Shown: positions 14,052-24,335 of the stretch, in pieces
Layout: the number at the start of each line of letters is the position of its first letter
How positions within the stretch are numbered: position 1 is the first letter of the stretch
Assembly: GCA_951406725.2 (NCBI GenBank)
Contig: OX597824.1
Coordinates: 95,108,001-95,172,000 of the forward strand
DNA from: Octopus vulgaris
Taxonomy: Eukaryota
Reading direction: 5' to 3'
Length of the DNA stretch: 64,000 nt
Notes under the pieces: model-generated
The model's database searches: none
Told to the model about the DNA's origin: nothing
The model's input: only the letters and a program-made list of their open reading frames with translations
Translations under genes and position numbers: made by a program

Positions 14052-14512
14052 CATATATATATTATTGAAATGTACGATTAAAAGAGTCGGCATGTAATAG
14101 CTTATCAATTAAGGTTTAAATTAATTACTCCACGTAAACAAACAACCAAAACCAAGACATTAAAAGACAAGCAGGTGCTACTATATAACCCCGTTGCTTC
14201 TGGATAGTTTGTTTTCCTGGCTTCGGGTTCCGAAATGCTTTTCATGTTTGTCACTTTTAGCTGTGTTGTTACAACCCAATCTCTCAAATAAGTAAAACCT
14301 TGCAAAGCAAAACCCCTTAGAGATCCCATCTTGTGTGTATATATTGTCCCTTTCGATGGAACTTCTTTTCCGAAAGGCATGTGTCCATGGCTCGATAACA
14401 TAACATTGAGGACAACATTTGAAGTCTACATCGATCCTTACAGATTACCTGATGTATTTATTTGCCTGATTACCTCATAAATCTTTCCATTCCTGTTTAA
14501 ATCATGCATCAT
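773..14512 (-). CDS. CMTR1: Cap-specific mRNA (nucleoside-2'-O)-methyltransferase 1, 5' part of a spliced gene (10 exons in window, continues beyond position 1)
   Basis: Joined exons read ...[10 protein letters not shown]|[35 protein letters not shown] (G-patch)...|[11 protein letters not shown]...|[32 protein letters not shown]. This is collinear with CMTR1 as I recall it (KLMAKMGFREGEGLGK...[28 protein letters not shown]). All junctions are GT-AG and phase-consistent. Confidence 0.93.
940..1790 (+). mobile_element. RTE-clade LINE 3' fragment split by a younger SINE
   Basis: Encodes HWFGHVMQR...[14 protein letters not shown] (RTE C-terminus); insert 1102-1542 is flanked by TSD tgtgcaa. Confidence 0.75.
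1102..1542 (+). mobile_element. (GAT)n-tailed retroposon, family D (copies ~1800-2030, 6577-7135, 8160-8642, 17130-17397, 17865-18137, 24336-24660, 30900-31205, 43330-43600, 53535-53880)
   Basis: aagcacccactacac...ggaagggcatccagc...ccaacccatgctagcatggaaa..gttaaacgatgatgat; internal tandem subunits; TSD. Confidence 0.8.
3000..3071 (-). CDS. CMTR1: CMTR1 exon [24 protein letters not shown]
   Basis: Acceptor tttgcag, donor gtaagt, phase 0/0; resembles KRKMIIEDETEFC. Confidence 0.9.
3451..3943. mobile_element. Tc1/pogo-type MITE
   Basis: TA|CCGTAAATCCTCGAGTATAAT ... ATTATACTCAAGGATTTACGG|TA. Confidence 0.8.
4048..4140 (-). CDS. CMTR1: CMTR1 exon [31 protein letters not shown]
   Basis: Acceptor ccctttaaag, donor gtaagt, phase 0/0. 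Confidence 0.88.
4644..4769. mobile_element. Short Tc1/pogo-type MITE
   Basis: TA|CTGTATTTGATGGCA ... TGCCATCAAATACAG|TA. Confidence 0.7.
5158..5316 (-). CDS. CMTR1: CMTR1 G-patch exon [53 protein letters not shown]
   Basis: Clear G-patch consensus; acceptor gacag, donor gtaac. Confidence 0.93.
6096..6301 (-). CDS. CMTR1: CMTR1 acidic/Ser-rich exon A3 ([32 protein letters not shown]...[10 protein letters not shown])
   Basis: Acceptor cttcttcag, donor gtaagc, phase 1/0; runs directly into the G-patch. Confidence 0.88.
7196..7385. repeat. (CCAA/CCAG)n tetranucleotide microsatellite
   Basis: Seen directly; source of the spurious GWLA/QPAS ORFs. Confidence 0.97.
7483..7576 (-). CDS. CMTR1: CMTR1 duplicated exon B2 ([31 protein letters not shown])
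   Basis: Acceptor ttctttag, donor g|gtcagt, phase 0/1, open frame; paralog of 10056-10158. Confidence 0.75.
8773..8987 (-). CDS. CMTR1: CMTR1 duplicated exon A2 ([49 protein letters not shown]...)
   Basis: Acceptor caccttgcag, donor gtaagt, 215 nt, phase 1/0, open frame. Confidence 0.8.
9716..9890. repeat. ~37-42-bp minisatellite (gaggcccaacactcaaaaggaactcagccac...), also at ~53775-53880
   Basis: 4-5 tandem degenerate units, with the same unit at a second locus. Confidence 0.8.
10056..10158 (-). CDS. CMTR1: CMTR1 duplicated exon B1 ([34 protein letters not shown])
   Basis: Acceptor ttctttag, donor g|gtcagt, phase 0/1; differs from B2 by a 9-nt in-frame indel. Confidence 0.75.
11277..11520 (+). 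pseudogene. hAT transposase C-terminal dimerisation-domain remnant
   Basis: [38 protein letters not shown] resembles IPxTSxSxERSFSxLxRxKNYLRxTMxQxRLxxLALLxI. Confidence 0.65.
12012..12226 (-). CDS. CMTR1: CMTR1 duplicated exon A1 ([49 protein letters not shown]...)
   Basis: Acceptor taccttccag, donor gtaagt, 215 nt, phase 1/0. Confidence 0.8.
14449..14512 (-). CDS. CMTR1: Putative first coding segment of CMTR1 ([21 protein letters not shown]) within candidate exon 14449-14566
   Basis: Acceptor catgtcag at 14567; donor cag|gtaatc is phase 1, matching exon A1. The start codon choice is tentative. Confidence 0.5.
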
Positions 14513-14619
14513 TGAATCGTTATTCGCCTCGTATGCATCGTACGAAGGGTTTTTATTAGAGTTAACCTGACATGAACAGAAAATAACCAATTCAGGAAAT
14601 AACAACAAGAGAAGTGACA

Positions 14620-14930
14620 AGCAATGAGAAGATATTAGAGAAGCACGGGCGATAAGTCGCGACACGAAATATCCAAGACCCGTCGGTGGTAGGAATAGCC
14701 AATAATCAGAACTTATACACACCCGAAAGCCTTTCAACTTTCTCAAAAGACATTTTCAAATGCGTCAAAGTGTTTCTAAGAGATCCGTCGCCAAGACATC
14801 GTCTTCGCCATCCGAAGACCAAATCGTTTTCTCTCTCAGTTGTCTCCCTTCCACACTTCCTCTTGGCTCCACTCGCAACGGGCACTCACCAAAAACCACT
14901 TAAGTCCCCCGCCTCACTCTAAGCAGTCTC
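14620..14930 (-). promoter_or_regulatory. Probable CMTR1 promoter / 5' UTR exon region
   Basis: Locally CpG-rich, repeat-free stretch upstream of the first candidate coding exon; possible donor cgg|gtgtgt near 14722. Confidence 0.45.
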
Positions 14931-15470
14931 AGAAAATACCCATGCCTAAATTTAGCTCTCGGTTCTATCAAAACAAGACGGGCTGTGATTTTATTATTTT
15001 TTAAATTTTACTTCACTCTTGTGATAGACAGCATTTGTATATTTTGGCCACTTATGTATTTACCGCTCACCAAAGCACTAAAGTCCCCCACTCTAAGCAA
15101 TTTCAGAAAATACCCATGGCTAAATTTAGCTCTCGATTCTATAAAAACAAAACCTGTTGGGTACTACTAGCGAACAGTGGTCCTGGTACGCGCATCCGCG
15201 CTAGCTAGTCGTAAGTGGTCGATCTTAAATAATTTTTTAAACTAAGTAAATAAATTATTTTTATAAACAAACTAGGGTTAGGGTTAAAGGTTAAAAAATT
15301 AGGCTTAGGGTTAAGAAGTCGTAGGATCGACTACTTACGACTAACTAGCGCGAGTGCGCGCACCGGGACCATTGTTCGCTAGTACCGACGGGTTGTTATT
15401 TTATTTTTTAAATTTTACTTCCCTCTTGTCATAGACAGCATTTGTATATTTTGACCGCTTAGGTATTGAC
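14884..15470. repeat. Tandem duplication (~180-bp unit x2) upstream of CMTR1, second copy interrupted by the MITE
   Basis: ctcacc...aagtcccc...cagaaaatacccatg...atagacagcatttgtatatttt occurs twice. Confidence 0.85.
15160..15386. mobile_element. Foldback MITE with CpG-rich ~65-bp TIRs and internal TTAGGG-like repeats
   Basis: ggtac(tac)tagcgaacagtggtcc...gtcgatc pairs with gatcgac...ggaccattgttcgctagtacc; core contains ggttagggtta / cttagggtta. Confidence 0.75.
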
Positions 15471-16716
15471 TTATTTCTACGAATTGAGATGATTTCACAT
15501 AGTTTGAATCGACTCGTTTTCCTCTGTGTTTATTAATACAGCGTAAAATAAACTAAATTTCCTCCACTTCTTATTCTTTCTTGGAACAGACACTTGATTT
15601 CAAATTCCATTATCAACTGTTTGAAACATACAAGCATTTTGGGGTCAAGTACGGAACGTAAAAGTTTATCAAAAGTTAAGTTTTCAATCTCTTAGATAGA
15701 AACCAAATATACGAGGGTATAAATATACTTCTATGCTTGTCAGTTGTTTAAATCGTTATTATTGTTCGTGAGCTTTCGTCCTAAGACCCGTTTGTGCTAT
15801 GCCCCTAGTAAATAAAAACTGGTTCTATGATTTTTAAAAAATAGATGTCTTTGTGTGCAAGTATGAGAAAAATGTTACAAGTGAAACGAAACAGTTTCAA
15901 CTCGCTGTCAAAATTTGCACGGTGTTCAAATTATATATACATCTCAGGAAATAGAAACGGGCGGCAAATTCCAGTATTTCACATTGCAGTTGTCCTTCAG
16001 ACTCTCTACTAAAAGAAGTATTCAAACAGTACGCGCCACTTGCCATTGCAGATAATTCTATAAACGGAATTCTTTCAGAGAAAACTTTCACATTTTCTGT
16101 TTTGTTCCCAACTCCATATTGCACACGCTCTTCGATTCCTTTCCAAAACACTCTTTACCCGTCTACACTGTTGATCTTGTCAGATACACACTAGCGTGCG
16201 AAAATTATACCAATTTTTTTTTGCCGAACCGCTAAGTTACAGGGACATAAACACTCCGGCATTGGTTGTCAAGCGATGTTGGGGGGACAAACACAGACAC
16301 ACAAACATACACACATATATATACGTATATACGGCGGACTTCTTTCAGTTTCCGTCCACCAAATCCACTCACAAGGCTTTGGTCGACCCGAGGCTATAGT
16401 AGAAGACACTTGCCCAAGATACCACGCAGTGGGACTGAACCCAGAACCTAGGAGAAAATATCTGAAAATATCCTTCAATAGGAACATGACACCATAGTCT
16501 CTTTCTTTTAAAAGTACACAGTTATAAACACTACATGTATCAAAGCAGTAGCATAGCTGGGGATGGGGGGCAACGCAGGGGCTGCTCTGGGTTGGCACAC
16601 ATTCAAATTATCCTACTGTATCAAAAAAAACAACATTTTAACTCACTCTCTTTTGTTATGAACAAAACAAAATTCTCAAAATTATCACAAATGTTAGGCC
16701 TCACTAGTGTTTAGGA

Positions 16717-16917
16717 CAGTGGTTTTCAACCAGGGTTCCGCCAGTACAGTGCAGGGGTTCCGCAAGAAGTTACAAAACTGCTAAAATCGGCAGTAATATT
16801 CAAGTCTCCTGTGCAGATATGTGTGCATAAGACTATTAAATTATTGCACAGGAGTTCCTCAAGCCAGTGGAATGTTTCCTTGGGGTTCCACTCCAGCAAA
16901 AAGTTTGAAAAGCACTG
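16717..16917. mobile_element. hAT-Charlie-like MITE inserted into a SINE head
   Basis: TIRs cagtggttttcaa / ttgaaaagcactg; perfect 8-bp TSD gtttagga. Confidence 0.85.
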
Positions 16918-17414
16918 GTTTAGGATATTGCACTGATAATCAGAAAATGATGGTCTTGATTCCTGGCCTGAGAATTGCATTGTGTTCTTGTTACAAGTTG
17001 TTCTTGTCCACTCAGCCATGAATGAGTAACCTTGCAATGGACTGGCCATCTGTTCAGGGGTAATGTTGTGGTCTTGGCCACTTATATGCCATGAAAACTG
17101 GGTAGATGGCCTTATAAACAGTCATGGTGGGGCCATGCAAAAGCATCCATGTGGAGTCACATAAAAGTGTCCATGTGGTACCATGTAAAAGTGCTTGTGT
17201 GGTGTCATGTAAAAGCATTGAGCACACTCTGTAAAGTGGTTGGTGCTAGGAAGGGCATCCAGCTGTAGAAAACTATGCCAAAGCAGACTGGAGTCTGGTG
17301 TAGCTCCCCCCTCCCCCGCCATACCAGCTCTGGTCAAACTGTCCAACCCATGCCAGAATGGGCAACGGATGCTAAATGATGCTGATGATGATGACGATAC
17401 AAAATTACATTAAT

Positions 17415-17797
17415 CTTTTCAACTCTAGGTACAAGGCCTGAAATTTTGGGGAAGGGAGAACCAGTCGATTAGATTGACCCCAGTACACAACTGGTACTTA
17501 ATTTATCAATCCCGAAAGGATGAAAGGCAAAGTTGACCTTGTGGAATTTGAACTTGGAACATAAAGACAGACGAAATACCTATTTCTTTACTACCCACAA
17601 GGGGCTAAACAGAGAGGACAAACGGATGAAGTCGATTATATCGACACCAGTGCGTAACTGGTACTTATTTAATCGACCCTGAAAGGATGAAAGGCAAAGT
17701 CGACCTCAGCGAAATTTGAACTCAGAATGTAGTGGCAGACAAGATACCACTAAGCATTTTGTTCGGCATGCTAATGTTTCTGCCAGCTCACTGCCTT
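17415..17797 (-). mobile_element. SINE family B dimer (other copies ~2380-2590, 5830-6050, 18170-18360, 28757-28900, 34660-34860, 41850-42065, 43735-43930, 48890-49025)
   Basis: Two units; 16-bp TSD acaaaattacattaat. Confidence 0.85.
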
Positions 17798-18639
17798 ACA
17801 AAATTACATTAATAAAATATAATTAACGACTAATTTATGTATATAATGGCGAGACTTTTGGCATTATGTTGTTTTTGAGAAGAAGACTCATCTAGCTGAG
17901 CAAAATTGCAGTCGAGGCAAATACTGGTGTCATGCAAATGGCACCCATTCTGGTGGCACATAAAAGCACCCATTACACTCTTGGAGTGTTTGGTGTTAGG
18001 AAAGGCATCCAGCAGTAGAAAACCATGCCAAATCAGACTAGGGTCTGGTTCAGATGTCCAGCTTAGCAGCCCCTGTCAAACAGTCCAACCCATGCCAGCA
18101 TGGACAACAGACATTAAATGATAATGATGATGATGATATATATATGTGTGTGTATATGTATATATGTATAAGATGGCAAAATCGTTAGATCACCAAACAA
18201 AGCTCTTGGTGGCATTTCGTCTGTTTTTACATTCTGAGTTCAAAGTTGACTTTGCCTTTCATCCTTTTGGAGTCACTGAAATAAATACCAATAAGTTGGT
18301 ACTTCGTTGATGTAATCGAATAGCTCCCTCCCCCCAAATTTCAGGCCTTGTGCCTACTGGAGAAAGAAGAAACCATACCAAAGATGGTGTGTGGCCTGGT
18401 GTTTAGAGTGTTGTATTCATGATTGCAAGGTTGTGGTTTCAGTTCCTGGATTGGACCCAAGTGTTGTATCCTTGAGCAAAACACTTCATTTCACACACTG
18501 GTCCAGTTCACCCAGCTAGCAAGTGTGAGTAACTCGGTGATGGATTGGTGTCCCATCCAGGTGGGGAATATATACACTTCAGAATCCAGGAAACTGGCTT
18601 TATGATCCTATGGCTTGAGAAGGACCTTATGATCATAAG

Positions 18640-19500
18640 ATTGTAGTTTCAATCCCTGGACTGTTCTTGCACAAAATACTTCATTTCTCGTTGGTTCTGT
18701 CCACTCAGGTGGCAAAATGGAGTAATTCTGTTATGGATTGGTGTCCTGTCCAGGTGAGGAATATGTACATCATAGAATCCAAGAATCCAGCCTTATTCTA
18801 TGACTTTAGAAGAATCTTTGATCTTTTTCTCATGGCACACCTGCAGCCTGTAATCAAAAACTGTTATTGGATCCAATCACATGGTTGATCAAGACAAGCA
18901 GGACTCTGGTTTGAGGCTAGATATTAAATAGGCTTTTATAGACAGACAGGAAGTGAATTGAACTCTTTTACTTGTTTCAGTCATGTGACTGCGGCCATGC
19001 TGGAGCACCACCTTTTGTTGAGCAAATTGATCCCAGGACTTATTCTTTGTAAGCCTAGTACTTATTCTATCAGTCTCTTTTGCCGAACCGCTAAGTTACG
19101 GGGATGTAAGCACACCAGCATCAGTTGTCAAGCGATGTTGGGGGACAAACACACACACATATATATATATACATACACATATATACGACAAGCTTCTTTC
19201 AGTTTCCATCTACCAAATCCACTCACAAGGCTTTGGTCGGCCCAAGGCCATAGCAGAAGACACTTGCCCAAGGTGCCATGCAGTGGGACTGAACCTGGAA
19301 TCATGTGGTTGGTAAGCAAGTTACTTACCACACAGCCACTCCTATGCCTAACAAACTACTTTTCTCTATCTGCTCAGTCAGTGCTGACCTTGGGTTATAT
19401 AATAACAATTTTATAATGCTGCCTCTATTTACTCACCTGTGAGTTCTTCTTATCGCATGGTAACCTGCTTACAACTAAGTGGACTGAGGCAGCTGACCAT
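18640..19500. repeat. Inverted duplicate of CMTR1 intron segment ~12590-13090
   Basis: For example agatattaaataggcttttatagacagacaggaagtgaattgaac is nearly the reverse complement of gttcaattcacttcctgtctgtctctaaaagcctatttaatatct; homology resumes after the SINE. Confidence 0.8.
18963..19346 (-). mobile_element. Full-length SINE family A copy
   Basis: Complete head-to-tail reverse complement; absent from the paralogous site near 12720. Confidence 0.85.
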
Positions 19501-19689
19501 TTATCAGTCCATTCAGCAGTAAATGAATTCTAGCAATAGATGGGAGGTTATCCCTGCCACATGTTAACCATGCAGTGTCCAGTTAAGTAGGAGCATGTAG
19601 TAATCTCATTCCCTTCTTGTACACCATGAAAACCAGGTTAGACTCCATTCTTATGAGTCCTGGGGCTCATGAAAGGCTCAGGTCTAAGT

Positions 19690-20386
19690 CTTACACATCA
19701 GTCTTTGTATATTTCTTTGTTTTAGTTTCTCTCTGGAAAAAAATGCCCTCTGCTTGAAAATAAGCAGAAGCCAGGGTCAACGGTGGTTCCAGAAATTCAG
19801 AGCCGGAAACTACAGACTAGATGACCTTTGTCCTGGAAGATCTGTAGAGCTTGACAAGGATGTCCTGCAAAACCTGGCAGAACAAAATCCCATCGTAACT
19901 GTTGAGGAACTAGGGGAGAAGCTTGGATTTGATCATTCAACCAGTCATTGACACCTGCACTTGAAAAAAAATGACCATCTTTTGTTTCATGACGAAAGGT
20001 GTTCTTTCACCAGGATAATGCTTGGCTATATACAGCGAAGATGACATTCCAAAGGCCGGAGCAGTTTGAATGGGAAATGATGCCCCACCCACCATATTCA
20101 CCGGACATTACCCCATCTGATTATCATTTATTCCACAGTCTTCGAAATCATTTGGATGGAAAAAATACGAATTCTGTAGACGAGGTCAGAACAATACTGG
20201 AGGAGTATTGTTCGTCACGGACAAGTGAATCTTGGAAGAGGGGCTTTGCAAGTCCGCCAGATAGATGGAAGAACATTGTAGAAAATGAAGGAGAGTATGT
20301 TTTAGATTAAAAAAAGATCTTTATCTTAATTTTGGAAAATTAAAAGAAGTATAATAAAAATGCATTATTTATGGGATGACCCAATA
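19690..20386 (+). pseudogene. Mariner (DD34D) transposase remnant with right TIR
   Basis: QRWFQKFRAG...; FHQDNA...PHPPYSPDITPSDYHLF; broken frames; TIR-like end tgcattatttatgggatgacccaata. Confidence 0.85.
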
Positions 20387-20426
20387 TATAATCATTTAAT
20401 GTCCACTATACCGGGGGGGGGGGGGG

Positions 20427-20800
20427 AAGCACTCCGTCAGTTACGACGATGAGGGTTCCGGTTGATTCGATCAACGGAACACCCTGCTCGTGAAATTAAC
20501 GTGTAAGTGGCTGAGCACTCCACAGACACGTGTACCCTTAACGTAGTTCTCGGGGATATTCAGCGTGACACAGAGAGTGACAAGGCCGGCCCCTTGAAAT
20601 ACAGGTACAACAGAAACAGGAAGTAAGAGTGAGAGAAAGTTGTGGTGAAAGAGTACAGCAGGATCACCACCATCCCCTGCCGGAGCCTCGTGGAGCTTTA
20701 GGTGTTTTCGCTCAATAAACACTCACCACGCCCGGTCTGGGAATCGAAACCGCGATCGTATGACCATGCCCTAACCACTGGGCCATTGCACCTCCACACG
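20427..20800 (-). mobile_element. tRNA-derived SINE (related copy 56105-56410 +)
   Basis: Head ggaggtgcaatggcccagtggttaggg; shared tail ggtacacgtgtctgtggagtgct..gccactt. Confidence 0.7.
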
Positions 20801-20948
20801 CCCACTATACCATACCATTATGGAACAGACAGAATTTGTCAAAGCAGATTTTCCACAGCTGGATGCCTTGCCAGGACAAGAACACACACACACATGCAAT
20901 GAGATTCTATAATACTCTTTTACAAAATAGTTTCTTGTAAAGAAAATT

Positions 20949-21290
20949 AGGAGTGGCTGTGTGGTAAGTAGCTTACTTACTAGCCACATAGTTCCAGGTT
21001 CAGTCCCACTGCGTGGCACCTTGGGCTGACCAAAGCCTTGCGAGTGGATTTGGTAGATGGAAACTGAAAGAAGCCTGTCGTATATATATGTGTGTCTGTA
21101 TTTGTCCCCCCCAACATCGCTTGACAATCGATGCTGGTGTGTTTATGTCCTCGTAACTTAGCGGTTCAGCAAAAGAGACCAATAGAATAAGTACCAGGCT
21201 TACAAAGAATAAGTCCTGGGTCGATTTGCTTGACTAAAGGCAGTACTCCAGCATGGCCGCAGTCAAATGACTGAAACCAGTAAAAGAGTA
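20949..21290 (+). mobile_element. tRNA-derived octopus-type SINE, family A (other copies ~1-290, 4385-4590, 16220-16450, 18963-19346, 21600-21956, 23440-23830, 26755-27128, 34170-34540, 41485-41848, 42875-43255)
   Basis: Head ggagtggctgtgtggtaag...ggttcagtccc (A/B boxes), internal (TA/TG)n, tail cagtcaaatgactgaaac..taaaagag; more than 10 copies in the window. Confidence 0.85.
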
Positions 21291-21599
21291 CGTGTAACTT
21301 CAGGGAAAACTATCTCTTACATTTTTGTAATATTTTGACCATTTTTTTTCATAATACTTCTTCAATAGAACGAATATGAAAATCCGTTGCATATTTTGCA
21401 ATAGGGAATGCAACAAACGTGCAACAGCTGCCCCAGGTCATTGCACAAACAAATGTGCAACAGAAATCACAAATAGGGATTCCTATTGATTTCTTTTCAT
21501 GTGACTTCATGCAATGAGGTTTTAAAATGTTGACCTGACTGTTCCCTAAACATGTTGAGGTTCACATGTAGCTCTTTGTGACGTTCAGTCATGCAATTA

Positions 21600-21956
21600 C
21601 TCTCTACTCTTTTACTTGTTTCAGTCATTTGACTGCGGCCATGCTGGAGCACCGCCTTTAGTCGAGCAAATCGACCCCAGGACTTATTCTATCGGTCTCT
21701 TTTTGCCGAACCGCTAAGTGACGGGGACGTAAACATACCAGCATCGGTTGTCAAGCTATGCTAGGGGGACAAACACACACACACATATATATATATACGA
21801 CAGGTTTTTTCAGTTTCCATCTACCAAATCCACTCACAAAGCACTGGTCGGCCCAGGGCTATAGCAGAAGACACCTGCCCAAGATGCCACGTAGTGGGAC
21901 TGAACCTGGAACCATGTGGTTGGTTAGCAAGCTACTTACCACACAGCCACTCCTGC
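21600..21956 (-). mobile_element. SINE family A copy
   Basis: Reverse complement of 20949-21290. Confidence 0.85.
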
Positions 21957-22419
21957 GTGCAGAAATAGTTGAATGTTGGGTCAAATATTTTAGTGAACTC
22001 TCTGCATTTCAAATTCAAATCCTGTCAGGGTTGATGTTTCTTTTCCATTTATTGTGGTGAAGGCGATAAAATATGTACTAGAAACTCACTGCCATCACAA
22101 AGTCCAGTCCTTGTTGTGGTGGCTAATGTACCTGAATGACCCTGAGAGCTATGTCAGCAGAGTGCAAGGACCTTGTAGGGCCTGCTATGCTGGATAAGCC
22201 AAAGGATAGAGGCCAGGCAAATATGTACCACCTCTTCCCAGAGGTAAGAATAGGTTTGTGTAGGGCTGCCGACCCTTCCTAGTAAAAAGGCAAAGTTACA
22301 AAAGCATTGATGACGATTTCAGACCTCCAAGACCTGGGAGAGGAAGGCCTTAAAAGAGAGTCTGGTGTTTAGAATAATGGAGAAAAGTTGTGAAGCAGCC
22401 AACTGGAATTAATCTGTGT

Positions 22420-23400
22420 TTCCAACAACTACCTTCTACAATCCCTCAAGTCCCTTTCTCTCTCCACTGACCACCAGTATGGTTTCTGTAGAGTCTCATC
22501 CACTGGAGATCTGCTCGGTTACAAATGGTCTTTTGCTCTTGAGAAATTTTGGTGAAAACAATTTTATTATTCTGCAATGTTTGTGACTCAGTTTAGTATG
22601 AAAATCTCCTGGCAGGATTGTCCACTAAGGACTTCATCAGATTCTAGTAATTTCTGTTGGAAGTTTCTTTTCAAAATTTACCAGTGCCAAACACTCACCA
22701 TCACATCTGGCATGTCCCAAGGATGGCTATGTCACTCACACTTTGACCTGCTTGCAGTCGTCTCCAACAATGTTCACTGTTATACATCTCACTCCACCCT
22801 TTGCTATGCTTCCTTAATCTCTGTACATAGGCACCATCTACATCCATTCTATACGCTGTATTACTTCCATGGACAGCTCTCAAAAACATTCTGCATCGAG
22901 GGCAACAAACTGCTCTCCTTCAACAGCAATGGAAATACAATCTCTGCAAATCATTTGAGGAAATAAGCTTTCCATCGCTCCAATAATCATGGACGATATA
23001 CAGTTAAAACCCCTCACTTATGATCTCATAATCATAACCTCAAATCACCCAAATGGTTCACATAAGCTAGCCTTGTACAAAGGTCATTGTTTACAGCACT
23101 AGGGAAAATTCTCTCACCTGAACAAACTTGTTAGCTTTTACCTAAATTCTTGGATGTGAAGCAGATGGAACCATACATCACAAATTGCCACCAAAGCTGT
23201 AGCTTGTTCCATTCCTTGGTCAACTTATGATCTCACAATCATAATGCAGCAAAAACTGCCATCATCAAAAGATGAACCTTCCATCGTCAAAGACACAGAA
23301 ATACTTCATCTCTGAACAGTTGTTGTTGCTCAACAAAACTTTGGTGAAATACTGATGTACTGCTGTCACATTCACACATACAAATGGCTGATTCTACGCA
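22420..23400 (+). pseudogene. Degenerate LINE reverse transcriptase fragment (CR1/L2/Jockey group)
   Basis: ITSGMSQG...DLLAVVSNNVHCYTSHSTL resembles TSGVPQG...NDL...HxYADDxTL. Confidence 0.55.
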
Positions 23401-24137
23401 TGCATGTTAGGCTTCATTTAAAAGATTAACAAAGTAGGCATAGGAGTGGCTGTGTGGTAAGTAGCTTGCTTACCAACCACATCTTATGAGTGAATTTGGT
23501 AGTTGGAAACTGTGTGGAAGCCTGTTATATGTGTGTGTGTGTCTTTGTCCTTGTATTTGATTCCACCCCCACTGTAATTACTTAACAACCGCTGTTGGTT
23601 TGTTTGCATCTTCATAACAAACCAATAGAATAATTTGAATAATAAATTAGTGTTGGCGTTGATCTGTTCAACAAAAACCTTTCAAGGTGGTGCTCCAACA
23701 TGGCCAGAATTGAACGAGTGAAACAAACAATTAAAGATGTACTTTTCTAAGAGATATGGTTGGCTGAAGGCTAGAGTAGAAGACACTTGCCCAAGGAGCC
23801 GTGACGTGGAATTGAAACCAAGACCACTCGATTGCAAAGTGACCCCCCCACCACCAACCAAGCATGCACCTACTGGTTTAAGTTAAAGCATTGGAACTTT
23901 ATTTTAGGGTGAATCTGTGTTAAATTGAATTGTTTGGTTTTTCTTCTTCAAAAGAGATTATCAAATAGATATTTTCATTTATCACGAACTAAGAAAAAGA
24001 GAATCTTTATTTATATAAAGAGTATTTTAAAAACAATTTTCAGTTTTAGGACATAAAATAGATTTTTAGAAATTATATTTTAATAAAAATGAAAAAAAAA
24101 AAAAATAATAATTAAAAAAAAAAATAATGTGGTATGT

Positions 24138-24143
24138 TTTATT
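24138..24143 (-). terminator. Putative polyadenylation signal AATAAA of PHF10
   Basis: AATAAA on the minus strand about 40 nt after the terminal-exon stop, followed by long U-rich tracts. Confidence 0.5.
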
Positions 24144-24185
24144 AATTTTTAGTGATAATGAATTTTTCCAGTACAAGTGTCAGAA

Positions 24186-24258
24186 TTAATTTAATGAATA
24201 GTCATGAGGAAAAGTAGCAATCCATGGAGGTACGACGATGATCTGTGAGTAATGACAT
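24186..24258 (-). CDS. PHF10: PHF10 terminal exon (3' UTR, or [24 protein letters not shown] if 25940-26004 is skipped)
   Basis: Strong acceptor ttttgttcttttccag, followed by AATAAA. Confidence 0.55.
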
Positions 24259-24300
24259 CTGGAAAAGAACAAAAATAAGCAAAATTTTAGGACATTTATT

Positions 24301-24335
<35 letters not shown>

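Noticed and set aside
14105-14401. 98-aa ORF near the CMTR1 5' end
   Set aside because: It has no recognisable motif and lies downstream of a phase-compatible donor, so it is probably intronic.
19999-20310. Domesticated SETMAR-like gene
   Set aside because: The sequence is fragmented with an internal deletion and stops, and there is no SET domain; it is an ordinary mariner fossil.
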